Shown: positions 59,141-64,000 of the stretch, in pieces | How positions within the stretch are numbered: position 1 is the first letter of the stretch | How the letters are laid out: every line of letters begins with the position of its first letter | Source of the DNA: Macrostomum lignano | Taxonomy: Eukaryota | Length of the DNA stretch: 64,000 nucleotides | Assembly (NCBI GenBank): GCA_002269645.1 | Contig: NIVC01003268.1 | Coordinates: forward strand, 1 to 64,000 | Reading direction: 5' to 3' | Translations under genes and position numbers: made by a program | The notes under the pieces: model-generated | What the model saw: only the letters and a program-made list of their open reading frames with translations | The model's database searches: none | What the model was told of the DNA's origin: nothing

Positions 59141-60110
59141 TTGTTTGTTTTGTTTGTTTTGTTTGTTTTGTTTTGTTTTGTTTTGTTTTGTTTTGTTTTG
59201 TTTTGTTTTGTTTTGTTTTGTTTTGTTTTGTTTTGTTTTGTTTTGTTTTGTTTTGTTTTGTTTTGTTTTGTTTTGTTTTGTTTTGTTTTGTTTTGTTTTG
59301 TTTTGTTTTGTTTTGTTTTGTTTTGTTTTGTTTTGTTTTGTTTTGTTTTGTTTTGTTTTGTTTTGTTTTGTTTTATTTTATTTTTTTTGTTTTGTTTACT
59401 TTTTTAAGTTTTGTTTTGTTTTTTTTGTTTTGTTTTGTTTTGTTTTGTTTTGTTTTGTTTTGTTTTGTTTTGTTTTGTTTTGTTTTGTTTTGTTTTGTTT
59501 TGTTTTGTTTTGTTTTGTTTTGTTTTGTTTTGTTTTGTTTTGTTTTGTTTTGTTATGTTTTGTTTTGTTTTGTTTTGTTTTATTTTTTTTTGTTTTGTTT
59601 ACTTTTTTAAGTTTTGTTTTGTTTTGTTTTGTTTTGTTTTGTTTTGTTTTGTTTTGTTTTGTTTTGTTTTGTTTTGTTTAGCACCTGCCGGATCTCTTTC
59701 TGGCACCTGCTGGCTAGCGGGCAATGCCTGATGCAACGCAGGGACCTCTTCAGCTTGGCCAGAGGCGGTCAGTGGCACAAGGACGACTAAAGTAACGTAT
59801 ATATCTACTTAAGTAGTCCTTGTGGCACAGCTAAAATTTTTCTTACCATCTGAAGTTGCCGCACGTACTCGGTGATCTGACCCACGGACAACTCTATTGA
59901 GACTTTGCTCCGGACCTGCTGTTCGCTGAGGCCGTCAGTGAGACGCATTCTGATCAGTTGCTCAGCTTGATCGACATTCTCGCCCCTCAGCCTCTCGAAT
60001 TCGCAGACCACCGCCTGCTCTCAAAGTCGGGGATCGAAACCGGCAACCGTCTCGCCCTCATGCATGGACATGAAAGCCGCTCGTTTGGCATATGACAGCC
60101 TCCTTTTGGG
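57840..60110 (-). mobile_element. Ty3/gypsy relic C (gag fragment, microsatellite, protease C-terminus, RT), degraded
   Basis: Homologous to 47600-48740; NAYYQ, RLPYGIKVSSSVF, FLGHII. Gag-like GETVAGF..CEF..EQLIRMRLTDGL at 59805-60070. Confidence 0.88.
58861..59680. repeat. (TTTTG)n microsatellite with TTTAG units at both edges
   Basis: Direct inspection. Confidence 0.98.
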
Positions 60111-62308
60111 TTTTAGAGGCGTCACGAGGTTGGTTCACAGTTTTATTCAATATTAAAAAAGCTCATGAGGTTTCGTCTGCCGAGAGAGACAGGATGCATT
60201 CAGAATGGATTTTTGTAGTGAAGAGCTAGGGCTGTTGATTGCTGCATTGCTGAATGTGATGCATAGCTGCATCAGTTTGTGTATTGCAAGTGCATTTTAG
60301 GCGATCAGTAGCTTCACAATTTCATAAAAGATGTAGCAGCCGCCGAAAACTCGAAGCCTATTTAATGCTCTATGAAATCAAATTTTTAAAAGAGGTGAGA
60401 CCAATGCGCTCTGACTGCAGGAAAAACATTCAGAACGTTGATCTATCTCTGACATGAGGCCAAAACTTTTGAGTGTACTGCAGGGTGCATTTCTTCTTGC
60501 ACTGGTATTCAAATTTAGGCTCGGGTTTATAATAGTATAACCTGGTGAGACAAGTTGAATATTTTAGTAAATTCATTTTTAGGAGCGTCTGCACCCAGAA
60601 ATGTTGGTTAAAATTGTTGGGATATGGACTTTTTAGCCAATTGAAAGAGGTGAAAATGCGTACAAAAATAGATAATAGGAGAATTGAGGATGGCGAGTAA
60701 AAGTAGTATGGTTGGAAAGTTTTGAGTGAAAGATGATCACGTTGATAATTTTGAAATTTCGATGCAATGGGATAATGGAGGCTGTGAAGGTATATTTATC
60801 CCTTAAAATGATTGATTGGTAGATTAGCAGTAGGAATTCGAAGCTTCTTCCGCTCGTCGAGCTACTCAGACGGGAATCCCCGGCGATTTACTTTGCTGCA
60901 CCAGTGCGGAGCAACGCAGGAAAAGTCAATTCAAGACAATGTGCTCAAATTTTGTTGTGCACCTTCTCCAACAACAATAAAGTCAGCAGCCTTCTGGAAC
61001 GTCAAAGTATTCAACGATTCTGCCAGAAATTAGCAATCAATGTTTTCTATAAGCGCCAGTGAATTCAATACTCCACTGTGCGCCAATCAGCACTGCGTCT
61101 CGGTGTGACCTCCCTATTTTATCGGAACGTCAAACACATGTCTGCAACAGCTCTGGCTTAGATGGTAATTGGAATGTACACTGGCTGAGCGTCTGGATCT
61201 TTAACATGGGCACCGGGTTTCTATGGACACAGTACTGCGAATTTCTGTGACGGCTTTGATCAAGCCTCCACGGAGGGCAAACCTGAATTTCTCGGTGTCC
61301 TCACCTGGTTTCTCAGGCATTCGTTCATCGCAGACACACATGAAATCAAGTATAATTTACTCTTTTTATTAAACAATCTACTATTTGCTAAACAATGTTC
61401 CTACACGTGTAAGTAGTAAATTTTGTTTAGTTTGCAGTATTTCCTGTCGTAATTTAGCGCTATTTTTCCTTTTTTGTTTCGATAGTTTATATTACCCGAT
61501 GTTGAGTAACACTCGAAATGTATGTCAGTGAATTCAATGCGGTTCTGCAATTTTTTTAATGCTAAAATACAATAATATGAGCAAATGCTTATTTACAGAA
61601 GAGATTTATGCAAAAAGTTAAGAGATTCAGAAATATGATGAAATCTCTATCCGGTGTCAAGACGATGGCAGTTGCCTGGCTGCCACCCGTTCAAGAAGTC
61701 CACGGCGTCACCTGATGACGGATTGTTTGAGGGTTTTGCTGAGGAGGTCCAGTCGTTGAGGTTTCTCATTATTGAAACTCTCATAAAATGAGAGTCTTGG
61801 GAACTATTGGAAGAATCCGGAAAAACTGTCCAGCAAGGAACAAATCCCAGCTTCGAAGTTTCATATCAAAAGCAAACTGGCTTTCGCAAGAACCCAGCAT
61901 TGCATAGAATTACCTAAAAGCCATTGCACAAGAAAACACTGCGCGTGCTGCACACTGAATAAATATGAAAACACAGACTTGGACACAGTTCGCATTGCAG
62001 ACTGCAAAAGCAAAGCCCCAGAACTTCTGAAAGGTCATCCAGCAAAAACCGAAAATCCCGCAGCAAGGCAGGTAAAATTGATGCGCTGCATGGCGCAAAG
62101 GTTTCGAGTGACGCATGCAGTGCCTCGGGATTCCAGACACTGTCTGGCAGAGATAAAAGTGCATTTAGTCACGGGATTCTGGCCAACCGAATCCCCAGCA
62201 GAGGCAAACAGTCTGATGCAAATGGCAAACCGCGTGACGCGTCTGGAATGCGAAGTGCAGCCTGCAGTCACGTGAAATTGATCCCATGGGCAGGGAATGC
62301 TTCTTCTC

Positions 62309-62316
62309 TATATAAA
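62309..62316 (+). promoter_or_regulatory. TATA box of copy 3
   Basis: TATATAAA at the same position relative to the ATG as in copy 1. Confidence 0.6.
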
Positions 62317-62388
62317 TGCAGCCATTTTACAGAATGCAGCTGCAATCCTCAGATTACCGATACAACAACGAAAGGCGAACTTGACTCG

Positions 62389-63524
62389 ATGCAGCTCTTT
62401 CAGTTGCGAGTTTCTGCAGCGTTGGCTCTGCTACTCTGCTCGCTGGCAGCCGGTCAGGTCTCCCAGTGCGCTCCCGCTGACTCTCCGCGGCTCCGCTTCG
62501 TGGCGCAGCTCAGCGTGAACGGCTGCGCGCTGTTCGTGCACGACACGGGAGCGAGCGACGGTCCGCACTTGGCAGTCGAGCCGCTCATGTGCGTGACGGA
62601 CAGCCTGAGAGGCATTGTTCCCCGATTCGACTTCATCACCCAGCAGCTGTACTTCAGCGTTCCTGTATTGATGAAGGATTCTGGGATGCTTGCAGAGGCT
62701 CAGCGTCAACTGCGGCATCTGTCACCGAGGTCTGTGAGCTTCGCCACGGTGACCAACATCAGCGTCTCAGCCGACACCTGCTCATCGGTTCGGGTTTTGG
62801 GCTTCCTGTGGACTCCGGATGAGTCAGTAGCCACTCTGAGACTCAACTTTGGAGAGAACATTCGATATGAAACTCTACATCCCGAAAACATTGTTCTAAG
62901 ACTTCTGAATATCGACTCAATGAGAAACTTCCTAAATCAAAATACCCAGATGCAGAGTCGAGAAAACAAAGAAAATTCAACAATCGATGCTCTTAAAAGG
63001 GTGAAGCTCTCAGCTACTCTTCTGTCGAATGGTTGTTTCCATGAGGCTCAGAGCCGCGTCATGCTGCAAAACGACAGCTTCATTGATGTCAGCGTGTACA
63101 AGCAAAAATTCTTACCCGCGTGCCGACAGCTGCGGTTCACTCGGTACGTCAATCTCGAGAACTGCTCTGCCCAAGTGCACCAGAGACTCGACATTGAGGG
63201 CCACTTCCTTATCGAGCCTCCGCTGTGCCACAACATCTCCAGCTTGAGCAGCGAGTCAGTCAGGTATGACTACAGCCGAGACATGCACTACCTGAAGCTG
63301 GATCTGGTGCTGCAAGATGAGGCCACACGCGATGCTGTGAGGACTCAGTTGGCCGACTTGTCGCCTCGCTCGGTCGACTTCATGCGGCTGTGGACTGCTG
63401 AGAGATCGGTGAGCTCTTCGTTGAGTGCTCGGTTCGAGGTCGGTCCGCTGATTGCGTCGGCAGACTGGAGGTCCGCTCAGCTGCGGCTGCTCTGCGGAAA
63501 CTGGACGGAGTGCCGCGATCTCAG
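62389..63524 (+). CDS. Fibrinogen-related secreted protein copy 3, exon 1
   Basis: ATG 62389, signal peptide, 1136 nt (phase 2), donor CAG/GTTGGC as in copy 1. Confidence 0.75.
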
Positions 63525-63945
63525 GTTGGCTGACATTTTGTTATAGGTTGAAACCTTTGAAGACTTTATCTTTCGTTTACCGTGATTTTATATTTTATAC
63601 TTTTGCTTTCAAGCTGCTCTTCTCTAAACACGTCATTATGAGTTTTGTAGTGAGATTAAAAAAACTTTTTAGTATCAGTTTGGAAGAAGAGTAAATTTAA
63701 GTCTGTAAGTTTCAGGTGGCCCGAATTTATGACGTTAAAACACACAAGCACAAATAGCATCGTTTTATAGTTTATAAAATAATTGCATGTTAGCGGCATA
63801 TTTACTATTTACCACATATACCCAAACTATAATATTTTACATTATTTACCATTACTTGCTTTCGACGCCGCTTGCTTGTTTGACTTTATCTATTTATTTA
63901 TTCTTAGCACTGTGCCGTTTACAAAAAACAATTGACGACTTCCAG

Positions 63946-64000
63946 GGCTGCTGTGCTGGCGGAGCCCGCTGACCTGTGGCGACACGTGCAGTGGCGGGTG
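63946..64000 (+). CDS. Copy 3, exon 2 (partial, runs off the window)
   Basis: Acceptor TTCCAG/G then AAVLAEPADLWRHVQWRV. Confidence 0.75.

Noticed and set aside
58888-59731. FCFVL-repeat ORFs
   Set aside because: Translation of the (TTTTG)n microsatellite.

Overview
Repeat-rich eukaryotic (invertebrate-animal-type) DNA: GT-AG introns, TATA boxes, secreted fibrinogen-related genes; the species cannot be determined from the sequence. (1) 1-16056 is the right-hand part of an endogenous Polinton/Maverick (adintovirus-like) element. It has frameshifted genes for major capsid protein, packaging ATPase, adenain-type protease, protein-primed DNA polymerase B, a pX-like core protein, DDE integrase and parvovirus-type PLA2. 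Between these and a ...CTACTACT terminus lies a co-oriented minus-strand accessory cassette with a deoxynucleoside kinase, a divergent TATA-binding-protein (TBP)-fold gene and a possible OB-fold SSB. (2) 16057-27400 holds a Ty3/gypsy relic, a (TTTAG)n microsatellite, a near full-length LOA/R1-group LINE with RNase H, two minisatellites and a SINE-like insert. (3) 27400-64000 is a tandem array of three paralogous, apparently three-exon secreted proteins: signal peptide, two copies of a domain I do not recognise separated by a hypervariable segment, a Cys-rich PAN-like module and a fibrinogen C-terminal domain. Copy 1 is intact (614 aa predicted), copy 2 is inactivated by a LINE insertion, and copy 3 runs off the window. 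Copies are separated by a recurring spacer: 23-bp satellite, gypsy relic, pentamer microsatellite. All protein-family calls come from motif recognition by eye; no database search was run.
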